Origin: Eledone cirrhosa
Taxonomy: Eukaryota
Assembly: GCA_964016885.1 (NCBI GenBank)
Contig: OZ024760.1
Span: forward strand, 8,308,001 to 8,372,000
Reading direction: 5' to 3'
DNA: 64,000 nt
Of the stretch, positions 27,201 to 42,800 are shown piece by piece (the first letter of the stretch is position 1; each line of letters starts with the position of its first letter). The position numbers and the translations under genes were made by a program. Below the pieces are notes generated by a model. The model searched no databases. It had not been told where the DNA came from and saw only the letters and a program-made list of their open reading frames with translations.

Positions 27201-29067
27201 TTGACACAGGCAATGTTATCCCTCTGGACCTAGCACTCTGTTAACACAGGCAATGTTATCCCTCTGGACCTAGCACTCTGTTGACACAGGCAATGTTATC
27301 CCTCTGGATCTAGCACTCTGTTGACACAGGCAATGTTATCCCTCTGGACCTAGCACTCTGTTGACACAGGCAATGTTATCCCTCTGGACCTAGCACTCTG
27401 TTGACACAGGCAATGTTATCCCTCTGGACCTAGCACTCTGTTGACACAGGCAATGTTATCCCTCTGGACCTAGCACTCTGTTGACACAGGCAATGTTATC
27501 CCTCTGGACCTAGCACTCTGTTAACACAGGCAATGTTATCCCTCTGGACCTAGCACTCTGTTGACACAGGCAATGTTATCCCTCTGGACCTAGCACTCTG
27601 TTGACACAGGCAATGTTATCCCTCTGGACCTAGCACTCTGTTGACACAGGCAATGTTATCCCTCTGGACCTAGCACTCTGTTGACACAGGCAATGTTATC
27701 CCTCTGGACCTAGCACTCTGTTAACACAGGCAATGTTATCCCTCTGGACCTAGCACTCTGTTGACACAGGCAATGTTATCCCTCTGGACCTAGCACTCTG
27801 TTGACACAGGCAATGTTATCCCTCTGGACCTAGCACTCTGTTGACACAGGCAATGTTATCCCTCTGGACCTAGCACTCTGTTGACACAGGCAATGTTATC
27901 CCTCTGGACCTAGCACTCTGTTGACACAGGCAATGTTATCCCTCTGGACCTAGCACTCTGTTAACACAGGCAATGTTATCCCTCTGGACCTAGCACTCTG
28001 TTGACACAGGCAATGTTATCCCTCTGGACCTAGCACTCTGTTGACACAGGCAATGTTATCCCTCTGGACCTAGCACTCTGTTGACACAGGCAATGTTATC
28101 CCTCTGGACCTAGCACTCTGTTGACACAGGCAATGTTATCCCTCTGGACCTAGCACTCTGTTGACACAGGCAATGTTATCCCTCTGGACCTAGCACTCTG
28201 TTAACACAGGCAATGTTATCCCTCTGGACCTAGCACTCTGTTGACACAGGCAATGTTATCCCTCTGGACCTAGCACTCTGTTGACACAGGCAATGTTATC
28301 CCTCTGGACCTAGCACTCTGTTGACACAGGCAATGTTATCCCTCTGGACCTAGCACTCTGTTGACACAGGCAATGTTATCCCTCTGGACCTAGCACTCTG
28401 TTAACACAGGCAATGTTATCCCTCTGGACCTAGCACTCTGTTGACACAGGCAATGTTATCCCTCTGGACCTAGCACTCTGTTAACACAGGCAATGTTATC
28501 CCTCTGGACCTAGCACTCTGTTGACACAGGCAATGTTATCCCTCTGGATCTAGGACTCTGTTGACACAGGCAATGTTATCCCTCTGGACCTAGCACTCTG
28601 TTAACACAGGCAATGTTATCCCTCTGGACCTAGCACTCTGTTAACACAGGCAATGTTATCCCTCTGGACCTAGCACTCTGTTGACACAGGCAATGTTATC
28701 CCTCTGGACCTAGCACTCTGTTGACACAGGCAATGTTATCCCTCTGGACCTAGCACTCTGTTGACACAGGCAATGTTATCCCTCTGGACCTAGCACTCTG
28801 TTGACACAGGCAATGTTATCCCTCTGGACCTAGCACTCTGTTAACACAGGCAATGTTATCCCTCTGGACCTAGCACTCTGTTGACACAGGCAATGTTATC
28901 CCTCTGGACCTAGCACTCTGTTGACACAGGCAATGTTATCCCTCTGGACCTAGCACTCTGTTGACACAGGCAATGTTATCCCTCTGGATCTAGGACTCTG
29001 TTGACACAGGCAATGTACTACCATGATTTATCTTCTCAGTCTTCAAACTGGACATAAATATGTATAC

Positions 29068-29125
<58 letters not shown>

Positions 29126-29275
29126 CTACACACACACATATATATATAAGAGAGTATTGAAGTTTGCTTGAAGCATTGTGGAATAATAAGTAAATATCTT
29201 TAAGTCGTTTACCCATTTGCATTGTCGAGGCTTCCAAACGACTTAAAGATATATATATATATATATATATACACC

Positions 29276-29337
<62 letters not shown>

Positions 29338-32300
29338 AAGTCTTGCCTTCTTGTTAGTCTAATGGTTATCCCACTACATCTCTTGTGTACCCAAGATTTA
29401 CATTGTGAACATCATATGGAGTTTATGCTTACTCCCTTTCTACATATTGAGTAGGACCACCTCCCTGAAGGACTCAGGGTTTTATCTTCTTTCCTACTCA
29501 CTAACACTTTAGTTTTGGCTAAGTTTACTCTCAGACCTCTTCATTCCAAATTCTGTTTCCATAGTTGGAACTTATATTCTATTTCTATTATGGGTTCAGC
29601 TATAAAGACCAAATCATCTGCATAGAGAAGTTCCCATGGGCAGCTAATCTGTTATAGCCCGGAGAATTATAATAAATAGCAGTGGGCTAAGAACAGAACC
29701 CTGATGAACAGTTTTTTTGCCTTTTGATGTTAAACAAATTATTGTTTTATTGTATTTCCTGAAGAGATACGGCTGGGAGTAAAGCACATATGTGGAGTTA
29801 ATTAACTGAGAATTTTTGGTTTTTCTCCACTATTGAATAATTCACGCTGTATTGAAACGTTTGTAGACGTATAAATAAACAACAATAATATTAATCCTTG
29901 GTCTTACTGAATTTTGAATTATAAATGCTCTGCTACTATAACTATTGGCTCCTGAAGAACGAAGGCTAAATGAGACATTGAGCTTAACTTATCTTACCAT
30001 TGAAAATAGTGAACTAAGACACTATAACCTCATATATATATATATAATCATCATCATCATCATCATCGTTTAACGTACATTTTCCAGGCTAGCAGGGTTT
30101 TAATTATTTAGAAAATAAAAATTATTGAATTTTATTTGGCTTAAAAATCTTTTAAAGGCTGAATGTCATATTTTGGTAGAACAGTCAACACAAGGTTGTG
30201 ACATGTCATATGTTGGTAGAACATCTGACAGGAGGCTATGACATGTCAAATGTCAGTAGAACATCTGACAAGAGGCTGTGTCATATTTTGGTAGAACAGT
30301 CGGCATGAGGCTGTGACATGTCATATGCTGGTAGAACAGTCAACACAAGGTTGTGGCATGTCATATGTTGGTAGAACATGACATGAGACTGACATGTCAG
30401 TAGAATATCTGACAAAAAGCTATGACATGTCACATGTCAGTAGAACATCTGACAAGGGGTTATGACATGTCATATTTTGAACAGTTGACACAAGGTTGTG
30501 ATATGTCACATGTTGGCAGAACATCTGACACGAGGATGTGACATGTCATATGTCGGTAGAACAGTCAACAAGGTTATGACATGTCACATGTCAGTAGAAA
30601 ATCTAGCAAGAAGCTATGGCATGTCATATTTTGATAGAACAGTCAACACAAGGTTGTGACATGTTATATGTTGCTAGAACATAACATGAGACTGTGGGCA
30701 GTCAACTCCGTACCAATGGTGGTAAATAGGGAGGTGGTCCTAGGGCTAAGGACACCAGAAATCTCCACTGCTGTGGGTATCCAACTCTGTTCCGATGGTG
30801 GTAAATAGGAAGGCGGTCCTAGGGCTGAGGACACCAGAAATCTCCACTGCTACTGGTAGCCAGCTCAGTACCTGTGGTGTTAAGTAGGGAGGTGGTCCTA
30901 GGGCCAAGGACACCAGAAGTCTCCACTGTCACGGGCTCGACTGCAATCCTGTCGGAGTGACCGATACTTGGAGAGTTTACCCTCCTCAGCCCGAAGTGCA
31001 GCAGAGCCTGGGTTAGTCACAGACTGCACCAGGTTGCCGCTGGAGAATGCGAGGTTTTGTAATTTATAGCAGCATTGTTAGAAAACATCCTATAGAGAAC
31101 AGGTTATTGTTCTTGTGGTTGTTATTACTGGTTTTATTGTGGTTGTTATTGCTGGTTTTATTGTGGTTGTTATTGCTGGTTTTATTGTGGTTGTTATTGC
31201 TGGTTTTATTGTGGTTGTTATTGCTGGTTTTATTGTGGTTGTTATTACTGGTTTTATTGTGGTTGTTATTGCTGGTTTTATTGTGGTTGTTATTGCTGGT
31301 TTTATTGCTGGTTTTATTGTGGTTGTTATTGCTGGTTTTATTGTGGTTGTTATTGCTGGTTTTATTGTGGTTGTTATTGCTGGTTTTATTGTGGTTGTTA
31401 TTGCTGGTTTTATTGCTGGTTTTATTGTGGTTGTTATTGCTGGTTTTATTGTGGTTGTTATTGCTGGTTTTATTGTGGTTGTTATTGCTGGTTTTATTGT
31501 GGTTGTTATTGCTGGTTTTATTGTGGTTGTTATTGCTGGTTTTATTGTGGTTGTTATTGCTGGTTTTATTGTGGTTGTTATTGCTGGTTTTATTGTGGTT
31601 GTTATTGCTGGTTTTATTGTGGTTGTTATTGCTGGTTTTATTGTGGTTGTTATTGCTGGTTTTATTGTGGTTGTTATTACTGGTTTTATTGTGGTTGTTA
31701 TTGCTGGTTTTATTGTGGTTGTTATTGCTGGTTTTATTGTGGTTGTTATTGCTGGTTTTATTGTGGTTGTTATTACTGGTTTTATTGTGGTTGTTATTAC
31801 TGGTTTTATTGTGGTTGTTATTGCTGGTTTTATTGTGGTTGTTATTGCTGGTTTTATTGTGGTTGTTATTACTGGTTTTATTGTGGTTGTTATTGCTGGT
31901 TTTATTGTGGTTGTTATTGCTGGTTTTATTGTGGTTGTTATTATTATTGGTTGCTGTTTTTGCTGTTGTGGTCGTTTTGGTTGGGTTTTTTTTATGTTAT
32001 GGTTGTTGTGCTGCTGTTGTGGTGGTTGTTGCTATTGTGATTGTTGTGGCTGTGTTCGTTGTTGTGGTTGTTGTACTTGTAGCTGTTTTTGTTATTGTGA
32101 ATGTTATTTTTGCTGTTTTTTCTTGCTGCTGTTGTAGTTGCAGTTGTTGTTTCTGCTGCTGCTGTTGTTGCTGTTGTGGTTGCTTTTTTTTTTTTTTTTT
32201 TTGTTCTGGCTTTTTGTTGTTGCTGTTGTTATTGTAGTTGTTAATGTAAATGTTGTTAATGTAAATGTTGTTGTTATTGTGAATGTTATTGCTGTTGTTA

Positions 32301-32473
32301 TTGTAGTTGTTGTTAATTAATTAATAACTGCAGTTGGAGAAAGATAAAAGAAACCATGATAAAGACAGAATATAAAGTTAGAGAGAGGAGGGTAGATGGG
32401 GGGGTAGAGAGGGAGAGAGAGGAGGGTAGAAAGAGAGAGGGTGGTAGAGAGAGGATGGTCAAGAGAGAGAAAG

Positions 32474-32525
<52 letters not shown>

Positions 32526-32960
32526 AAAAGTTTTCAAAAATTATCCAAACAAAAGTGGAAGAAAATATTAATAGTTAAAATAAAAATATATAAATAAACA
32601 AAAGAAATATACCGTTATTCCCGGCGCCAAAGACGCTACTTTTTTCCCAAAATAAGTCTATAAAATCTACCATGCATCCTGGAGGCCGAAGGGTGTCTAT
32701 TATTTTTTTTCAAATTTTTGGTTGTCCTCGAAGACAAAGCATTAGGAAATATGGTAATAAAAATTCCCACCAGGTTTGATATCATCCAGTGTATTATTAT
32801 TACTATTATTATTATTTTATGTTCGAAGAAAAATTATTTGTTTGCTACGCCAGTTGTATTAACAGCAAGGTGGGGAGAGAGGGGGTGGGGGCTCAGAATC
32901 ATCTTACCACAACGAACAAATAACAAGAGTTACCATTATTATTGTTGTTGCTGTTATTAA

Positions 32961-32999
<39 letters not shown>

Positions 33000-33771
33000 C
33001 ATTATTATCATCATCATCATCATCATTATAAAGTACTTTAGTTTATATGAAGCATTGTGAAGTATGTGGTTAAGATCGTTTCAAGAAAGTCAGTTCAATG
33101 CAAATTAGAAATAAACGAGTGAAAAACAAGAGAGTAAAAAGTAAGACAAAAACCAACACTACAGCTCACCATCACCATTACCCTCCATCTCCATTTTCTT
33201 TTTTAAAAATGGGAGTGGGGAAATAAATCCTAGCCCTGAATTATAAGGTAAAACTGTAAACTGTTGTTTTGATTGTCATCACATACAGCTCACACTTGTG
33301 TGGGTTTAGCTCTTACAAGGTTGCATCTCATAGGAAGTTTCTTGGATATTTTAACCTTTAACATGCTGAAATTTTAATGAATTACTTTCCCTTGACACTG
33401 CATTGCATATTAAGGGGAAGTTACTCTATTGGCGACATAAGGCGCCCAGAGCATGCTGAAGGTTAATGTCGGAGCCTTCAGTTCTATCATGAAAAGCAAC
33501 ATGAAATAAAGCACCTTGATAAAGAACAGACACTGTGCCATTTCGGCCTAGGAATCAAACCCATAACCTTATAATAAGTTCAACCACCCTAACCACTAGG
33601 CTTAGTACCTTCACTGCTTGTTGTTATGTCTTACTTTACTCATGTCCTCACTCCTTTATTTGTAACGTGCATTCTACCAGCTTTTCCAAATCAATTCTAT
33701 TATTATTATTATTATGTAAAGCACCAGTAATGCACTGGGGTAATTGCTGGCTTTGCCAAAAGTAGAAACCA

Positions 33772-33806
<35 letters not shown>

Positions 33807-36800
33807 CATCATTATTATTATTATTATTATTATGATACTTTGAAAGCCTTACCAAGATCATTCAAAGGTAAGCTGGTGACATTGCTTGGAAGCGTGTACA
33901 CAAATTTCTTTCCCGGCGCATCAACTATGTAGACCTGCAGTACAAAGCCATCGATGGTCGGTGTACTGTCGTGGTCCCAATGAACAACTACAGAGCTAAC
34001 GTTCTGTATAACCACTTGTAAGTTGTGGGGAGGTTCAACTAGAGCAAGAACAGAAAAAAAAAAATAAAAGAGAAAAATACAGAAAAAAGGAAAAGTACTT
34101 GATTAGATTAAAATAAATAAAGCCAAGAATGTGAAGCTTGGTGTATATTTTTCTTTCTTGTTCTTCCTTTTTATCGACATATTTACCCAATACAGGTAAA
34201 ATTCCATTATAACGAATACTATCATAACAAATTTTTCAGCATAACAAAATATTTTTCAATCTCCAAGGTAATACAAAGAAATGCTCAATTTGTTTTGGTC
34301 AATCTCATTATCAATCATTTTTCGTTACAACAAATTCCTTTTTTTATATCCCGTGAATTTCGTTATAATGGAATTTCACTGAATCTGGCGAAAGTTTTAC
34401 CTTGTGACAGAACAGAAATAACCAGATTAACCTTTTGAATGCCAGTGCTGGTTTTGGTACTGTGAGATTTAGTGTATATCATATAATTAATTGACCCCCA
34501 AAATATTGATGTCAAAATCTTTCTATTTCCTATACACTGAATAAAAAAATCTTAAATATCGCTATAACTTTTTACCCAAAACTTTTTCTTCGAAATAAGG
34601 GTGCATCTTATAACTCAAAAAGTACTGCCCCAGGCAAGGATCACCAATTTATTTTTATGATTTAAAATATATATATATAGGAAAATATTCAAGACTCCGA
34701 CGGCAGAGCTCAAGCTGTTTTGGCGGTTATTTCTGGACTCAGAAATAGCCGTCAAAACAGCTTGAGCTCTGGCGTCTGGGTCTTGAACATTTTCCTATTG
34801 CCCACTCTACTACCCTAAGTATTGAGTACTCTGGTTTCTTACCACACTTCCTTCGTTATATATATGGAGGAAAGTGATGGTTATTATATGAAGCTTTCGT
34901 TAAATTTTAATATGCTACTGCTGTAACTATGTGTTCTTGCACTTTTTACAAATTATCCCCTGTCAATGTTTGATATGTTTTTTTATATATGTCAATTGAC
35001 TTTTAATTTTTAATAAATGCTCGAATCTATTCATTAGAATCTTTGAGCTTTGTCTACAGGTGATATGGCACAAGTCTGTGATTTTCTTGGACATGACATC
35101 TATAATTTTGTTAGTATTATATATATATATATAATATATGACAGATTTGATCAAATTTGCTTTATTTTTATGCCTGAACCTGTACTGCAGAAACTAAACT
35201 AAAATGTACAGTGTGCCCTAAATAGTCCCTAAACTAGTGTGTTCTAGATGGTCCCTAAACTAGTGTGCCCTAAATAGGCCTTAAACTAGTGTGTCCTAAA
35301 TGGTCCCTAAACTACAGTGTACCCTACATGGTCCCTAAACTAGTATGCCCTAAATGGTCCTTAAACTACAGTGTGCCCTAAACTACAGTTTGTCCTAAAT
35401 GATCCCTAAACTACAGTGTGCCCTAAATGGTCCCTAAACTAGTGTGCCCTAAATGGTCCCTAAACTAGTGTGCCCTAAATGGTCCTTCAAACTACAGTGA
35501 GTTCCGAATAGTCCTTAATCTTATGTGCCTAGCCTCTAGTTTGAGGGACCATGTTGTTTAAAGAAATAGTAAAAAAAATAAAAAAATAAAAAACAGTGAG
35601 GAGGAGTCAGAGTATCAGGGTGTGAAATGGCTGCCCACATTTGATAGATATGACTAGCTATGGTTTAACTCTGGAAAGGCCCTGCTGTTTTGTAGAAGAC
35701 CAGTAGTTGTTCAAGCAGTCTCCCCTCACCATGCCACCGATATTAAGATAAGGGCAGAGGCCAATACAGCTAGGCACCAGTGATGTTGCAATTCATTTTT
35801 TCCAAGCTAAGTGAAATGAAGCAATGGGAAATAAAGTATCTTTCACAAGAAAACAAAACACCACCCAGTCGAGGAATTGAACTCACATCCATACAAATGT
35901 GAACCAAAAACTCTAATCACCAGGACACAACCCTTCCCCAATCTAAATGAGATAAACAGTTTATTTAAATACTTTGTATTGCATCACATAAATAATAGAG
36001 GCATGGCTATTGTTAAAAAGTTTGCACTGCAATCCCATGTAGTTCATTAACCCATTACCATTTACATTACTCTATATATACTATTGTATTTTTGTGGTAA
36101 AAGGTTTATCTTACATAATATCGAAGCCATGAGATTTTGATGTTTATTTTCAGGACAATACCTCAACATCGGGATGAGTGGCCAGTTATGGCCAGTTTGA
36201 ACAGAAAGAGGGGAGATAATTCTGGTCGGAAACAGCCGGTTTAAATGCTAAAGGGTTAAACTATACTACCTGTGGCAAAGTATTCCACAGACACATGTAC
36301 CTTCACTATAATCCCTCTATCTATTTATCTAACTATAGTCCATACATATACAATAAATATTCTAATAGTTCTGACATCTTTCTCTCTATATATATCGATG
36401 CATAGAACTAACAAAGAATGGTCTGACATAAACTAGATATGTTACCTACAAGGACCAGACGGACTTTATCTAGCCTAAACTTCCAGAAAGCTAGCTGGAA
36501 AAGGATTCAGGAAGAGATCTTGAAACAAAATTGGTCTGACATTCTCTGTAAGACATTAACATGGAATTTAAGTATTTTATGACAACAATGCTAACCATAT
36601 GTCTTAAATTTGCTCAAAAGAAAAAAGCCAATAGACACTTAAATATAATTCCAAGAGATAGAAATATCCTTAGGAGTGAAATACTGAATAAGTAATTCAT
36701 AAGTATTTTTACACCCCAATGGGGCACATACAAATATAAAAACCAGATGAGTTCTTTCCACACCAAAATGGCAACTATCAATTACATGAATATAAAGGAA

Positions 36801-39800
36801 GATGATGAAATGTCAGCATTGATAAAATGAGGCCATATTCAGCTACTGACCCTGACACACTCCCAGCAATCCTCTTAACCCTTTAGCATTTACATTACTC
36901 TATATTTACTATTGTATTTTCATGGTAAAGGCTTTACCTCACATGATTATCTCACATAATATCGAATCTATGAGATTTTGATATTATTTATTTTGAGAAT
37001 CATACCTTAACATCAGTATGAGCGGCCAGTTACAGCTGGTTTGAACAGAAAGAGGTGAGAGAATTATGGCCGGATATGGCTGGTTTAAATGCTAAAGAGT
37101 TAAACATGCTAATGGGCCTAAGCAAAACCATTGCAGATCATCTTCCAAAGTTTCCTTATAAGTGGCAAACTTCCCTGGAAATGTTAAAGGAAGGTATATA
37201 TCCTATCCATAAAGAAGCAGAAGGGTTAATATATTCTCATACCGTACTATTCTGAGAATGTAACAATCCATAGAATACATGCCAGCACAGAAAACAGATA
37301 TAAAATAACAATGATGAAAGTTGTTGTTTAGATAAAGAACAGCTCTGATTGAGCACGTTTATGATAAAAGCACTCCAGCAAGTTCCCACTTCTTCAAGAT
37401 GGCAGGATGTAATATGAAATGCTAGTGCCACAATAAAATATACCCAGTGGTTGACACAAGGAAGGGTATCTAGCCAGCTATAGAAACTAAGCCAAGATTT
37501 GGACTAAGCAAAGCAAAACACGCCCCCCCCCCCTCTCCCCACTGATTCATCAAATAGCTCTGATTTAATACTAACATAGTTTATAGTGACCAATCCAACA
37601 GCAGAAGATATATATTATGCATCTTATTCGTAGATGTACCAGGCTAGATTTGAAGCAGTTGTTATTACGTGGCATAAAAGGATCCTAAGAGTCAGTCTTT
37701 GCTGACAAGTCTGTGAGGTAAATAATAATTCCTCATTATTACTACGGAGAATGGCGGATTGGAAGTATCGGTAGATGGTCGGACGCCATGCTTTGACGCA
37801 TAGAGTTTCGGCCCTTGCCATTTTGAGTTCAAATCCCGCCGAGGTTAACTTTGCCTTTCATCCTTACGGGGTCGATAAAATAAAGTACCAGTAATGCACT
37901 GGGATAATTGCTGGCCTTGTGCCAAAAGTAGAAACAATTATTACTGCAAGGCGGAGGATTGGCAGAATCAGTAGAGCGCCAGACAACATGCTTAGGTCCC
38001 TTTTTACATTCTGAGTTCAAATCTCGCCGAGGTTAGCTTTGCCTTTCATCCTTACGAGGTCGATAAAATAAAGTACCAGTAATGCACTGAGTTTGATTTA
38101 ATCGACTTTCCCCTCCTCTTCAAATTGCCTTTGCTTGCCTTGTGTCAAATGTAGAAACAATTATTACTAATCCCGCCGAGGTTAACTTTGCCTTTCATCC
38201 TTACGGGGTCGATGAAATAAAGTACCAGTAATGTACTGGTTAATTGCTGGCCTTGTGCCAAAAGTAGAAACAATTATTACTATAAGGCAAAGAAGGCTAT
38301 ACATTTCAGTAGAGTGAGGGTGGGGTATAATTGATTTCATTCCCTTCTCTCACATCCAAATACTGATAACAATCATGTTAGGAGAGGTGATGATAAGTAA
38401 ATGACAGAAGGATATGTGATACAGGTGTTAAGAAAACCAACATGGTTGAAAATGAATAATGATAATACAAATGTAAATGGTGAGAAGCAGAGTCAAGGCA
38501 AATATTGAACTTCACAGAGTCTTCAGCTCACAGACATTGCCATATACAGGTAAAATTCTATTATAACGAATACCATTATAACAAAATTGTTTTCCATCCC
38601 TGGCCACATGCTTGATGTGTTAGGTCGATCTTGTTATAAAGAATTTTTCGTTACAACAAATTTTTTTTTATAACCCGTGAATTTCGTTATAACAGAATTT
38701 CCCTGCATTAGAGTATCAAAATGTTGCTGGTTTTTCAGTCAATTCCAGACTTTGCTGGATTTTGGGGGGCCTTAGATTTAAAAATGATCACTTTCGACCT
38801 AACACTGCAAATCAATTTGTGTAAACTCAAAATAGTAATGATAATTAAACAAACTGCCAGTCGTAAAGCAGAAACAAATTGACATTTTCCCTTGTTTTCA
38901 CTGGATAAAGGGATGAAAGGTAGAATGCGAAATGTGAGATGTGAAATATATGAAATGTGAAATATGAGGTGTGAAATGTGTAAGAAATGAAATATATGAG
39001 ATGTGGCATGTGAAATGTGGAATATGTGAAATGTGGGATGTGTAATATGTGAGGTATGAAATATGTGAGATATGAAATACATGAGATGTGAAATATGTGA
39101 AATGTGGTATGTGAAATATGTGAGATATGAAATACATGAGATGTGAAATGTGAAATGTGGGATGTGAAATATGTGAGATATGAAATACGTGAGATGTGAA
39201 ATACATGAGGTATGAAATATGTGAGATATGAAATACATGAGATGTGAAATATGAAATATGTGGGATGTGAAATATGTGAAATGTGAGATATGAAATATGT
39301 GAAATGTGAGATATGAAATATGTGAGATGTGAAATATGTGGGATATGAGATATGAGATGTGAAATGTAAGATTGTAAGATTCTATAAATAGCAGACTTTC
39401 TAAATAGATGCAATGAAGCAATAACTGAATGACACTGGATGATATTGAAGGGAGTAAATGTGATTAAATATTTCTTCATTATACATGACACAACATCGAG
39501 AATGAAACAATGAAGATGATGGTGGTGGGGGTGGTAATGAAGGTGATGATGATGATGGTGGTGGTGATGATGGTGGTGATAGTGATGGTGATGGTGATGA
39601 TGGTGATGGTAATGATAATGATGATGATGGTGATGGTGGTGATGGTGGTGATGATGGTGGTGGTGGTAATGAAGGTGATGATGATGATGGTGGTGGTGGT
39701 GATAGTGATGGTGATGATGGTGGTGATGATAATGGTGGTGATGATAGTGATAGTGATGATGATGATGATGGTGGTGATGGTGATGGTGATGATGATGGTG

Positions 39801-42800
39801 ATGATGATGGTGATGATGATGATGGTAATGGTGATGGTGATGATGGTGATGGTGATGATGATGGTGATGATGATGATGGTAATGGTGATGGTGATGGTCA
39901 TGATGGTGATGGTGATGATGATGGTGATGATGATGATGGTGATGGTGATGGTGATAATGATACACCCAAATATTAGTTTTCTGGTGAAGATATAACAAGA
40001 AAAAAAGCTGTGAAATGTGAAAAAAATTAAATGAAAAGATGTTTTAACAATGATAATGGATAATGTAGCACCCCCACCCCCCCCACCCCAGAATACCACT
40101 GGTACTGCATTACTTCATGCAGTGATAATGTAGCATGTATACACAGACATGCTTATACCTATATTCGCATAAGCATTCAATATACACATGTACATACATA
40201 TATACATGCACATAAACCTACATTCATATAATATATATATATGTGAGTGTGAGTAGAGTCTGTGGTGCTGAGACCGAGGAGACCACTAATCATGGAAGTA
40301 CTCAATACATGGTAGTTATGAACCCGGCCACAGTGCTAAGCGGTTTCAGCATGTGTTTTTCAGCAAGCCTTTTCAAGGGTGTAGTAATATTTATAGGAAA
40401 AAATAGGTCACTAGTATTGTGATATATATATAAAATTTGAATAGAAAATTAGACTATTCTTATTTACCACATCATGACATATCATCAGCATAGTCTCCAT
40501 ACTATCCGTTAGCATATAGTGTATAATTTTCATATACTGTATATTGTAAAGAGGTCGTCCCACACTGTAAAGTGGTCGTGTAGGTGTCATGACAAAAAAG
40601 CACATAGCCCACACTGTAAAGTGGTTGTTGTGTAGGGGTGTCAGGACAAAAAGCACCCAGTACTCACTGTAAATGATGTTGGTGTTAGAAAGGAGGGCAT
40701 CCAGTTGTAGAAAGCAAGCCAAAATCAGTTCTGTATGAGCAAGACAGTCACCTGACCAAGCATTGCTCACAAAAGGACAACTCATCTAACCCATGCTAGC
40801 ATGGAAAATAGACGTAAAACGGTGATGATGATGATGATATCTTTGTTTATGCATGCATCCACACTGGTCAGTACATACATATGTAGGAGCCTAAATCTGA
40901 AAACATTACTATTAATGTTCTCGGATTGGCAGTATCGGTAGAGGGTCGGACGCCATGCTTTGCAGCATAGTTATGGCCCTTTACCTTCTGAGTTCAAATC
41001 CAGCTGAGGTTAACTTTGCCTTTCATCCTTACGGGGTCAATAAAATAAAGCACCAGTAATGCACTGGGGTAATTGCTGGCCCTGTGCTAAAAGTAAAAAT
41101 TATTACTTTTACTATCATTAACCTTTAGCACGCTGAATTTATTTTATGAATTGCTTCCCTTGACATTGCATTATGTATTAAGGGGAGATTACTCTATTGG
41201 TGACATAAAGCACCATTATTTCTATGTTTCACCGGCGGTGAATTGGCAGTATCGGTAGAGGGTTGGACGCCATGCTTTCCAGCATAGTTACGGCCCTTTA
41301 TGGTCTGAGTTCAAATCCCACCGAGGTTGACTTTGCCTTTCATCCTTACGGGGGTCGATAAAATAAAGCACCAGTAATGTACTGGGGTAATTGCTGGCCT
41401 GGTGCCAAAAGTAGAAACAATTATTTCTGTGTTTAATCATTTTACTATTACTAAAAGCTATAAAAACAATAATGTTTTCTTTATTCATTTTTTTAAACAA
41501 TAATGATGATAAAATGTTTTGATTATGATAATTGGCTGGGTGAAGATAGAGGGGGAGAGGCGTCTCAGTGGAATCTAGCAGCAGAAGAGGAAAACCAAAT
41601 AAGAACCGGGCAGAAATGGTGAGAGTTGAACCTCACAGAGAAGCCAAAGGAACATAATAGATAAAAGATTTATTCAACCTAGGCAAGTATACAATTGATG
41701 ACAACTTAAATACTAAAATTTGATGTTTTACTTTTCCTCTAAACCCACTCCAAATTCTCAACTATTTATTTTGCCCCTCCCCCCCAAAAAAAACTATTGT
41801 ATTTTATGGTGTATAAGATGCTTTTTATAAAACTAAAAAAAAAAGGATAAAATATATATTTGCAGATCTTATAACATTAGATAATAAACAGATCTTATAA
41901 CATTAGATACTAAACAGATCTTATAACATTAGATACTAAACAGTAATTACACAAAAATGTTTTTATTCAACTCTTTTAATGTTAAACTGCTTTAGCTGCC
42001 CATGGCTGTAAAATACAAAACTGGTTATTCATCTAAAACCTTCCATGTAAGAACTAATGAAAAAGTTAGTTATATAAGTAAATCCTACCAAATTCTCGAT
42101 CATTTTCAAAATTATTTAATAATCACAGACATTAATGAAAGGGCTAATTTATTTTCATGAAATGATGGGCAGGGACTCATATATACCTTCAAAAGTGGTA
42201 GATAAGTCTTGGTAGCAAGTCTTTTCAGAAATTAGGCTATGCAAGAGTTTATGACTTAGCTAGAGAGCTAATGTTCCCACTATGAATTAGGTTATATAAG
42301 AGTTAAATGACTTAGAGAACCAATTTTTCCACCTTAAACTAGGCTATGCAATAGTTAAATTACTTAGCTAGAGAGCTAATACTTCCAACATAAAATAGGC
42401 TATGCAATAGTTAAATTACTTAGCTAGAGAGCTAATACTTCCAACATAAAATAGGCTATGTAATAGTTAAATTACTTAGCTAGAGAGCTAATACTTCCAA
42501 CATAAAATAGGCTATGCAATAGTTAAATTACTTAGCTAGAGAGCTAATACTTCCAACATAAAATAGGCTATGTAATAGTTAAATTACTTAGCTAGAGAGC
42601 TAATATTTCCACCATAAAATAGGCTATGTAATAGTTAAATTACTTAGAGAGCTAATATTTCCACCATAAACTAGGCTATGCAATAGTTAAATTACTTAGC
42701 TAGAGAGCTAATATTTCCAACATAAAATAGACTATGTAACAGTTAAATTACTTAGCTAGAGAGCTAATATTTCCACCATAAATTAAAATACAATACAGTG

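Noticed and set aside
27067-29016. CRISPR-like regular repeat
   Set aside because: No unique spacers, no cas genes, eukaryotic intron
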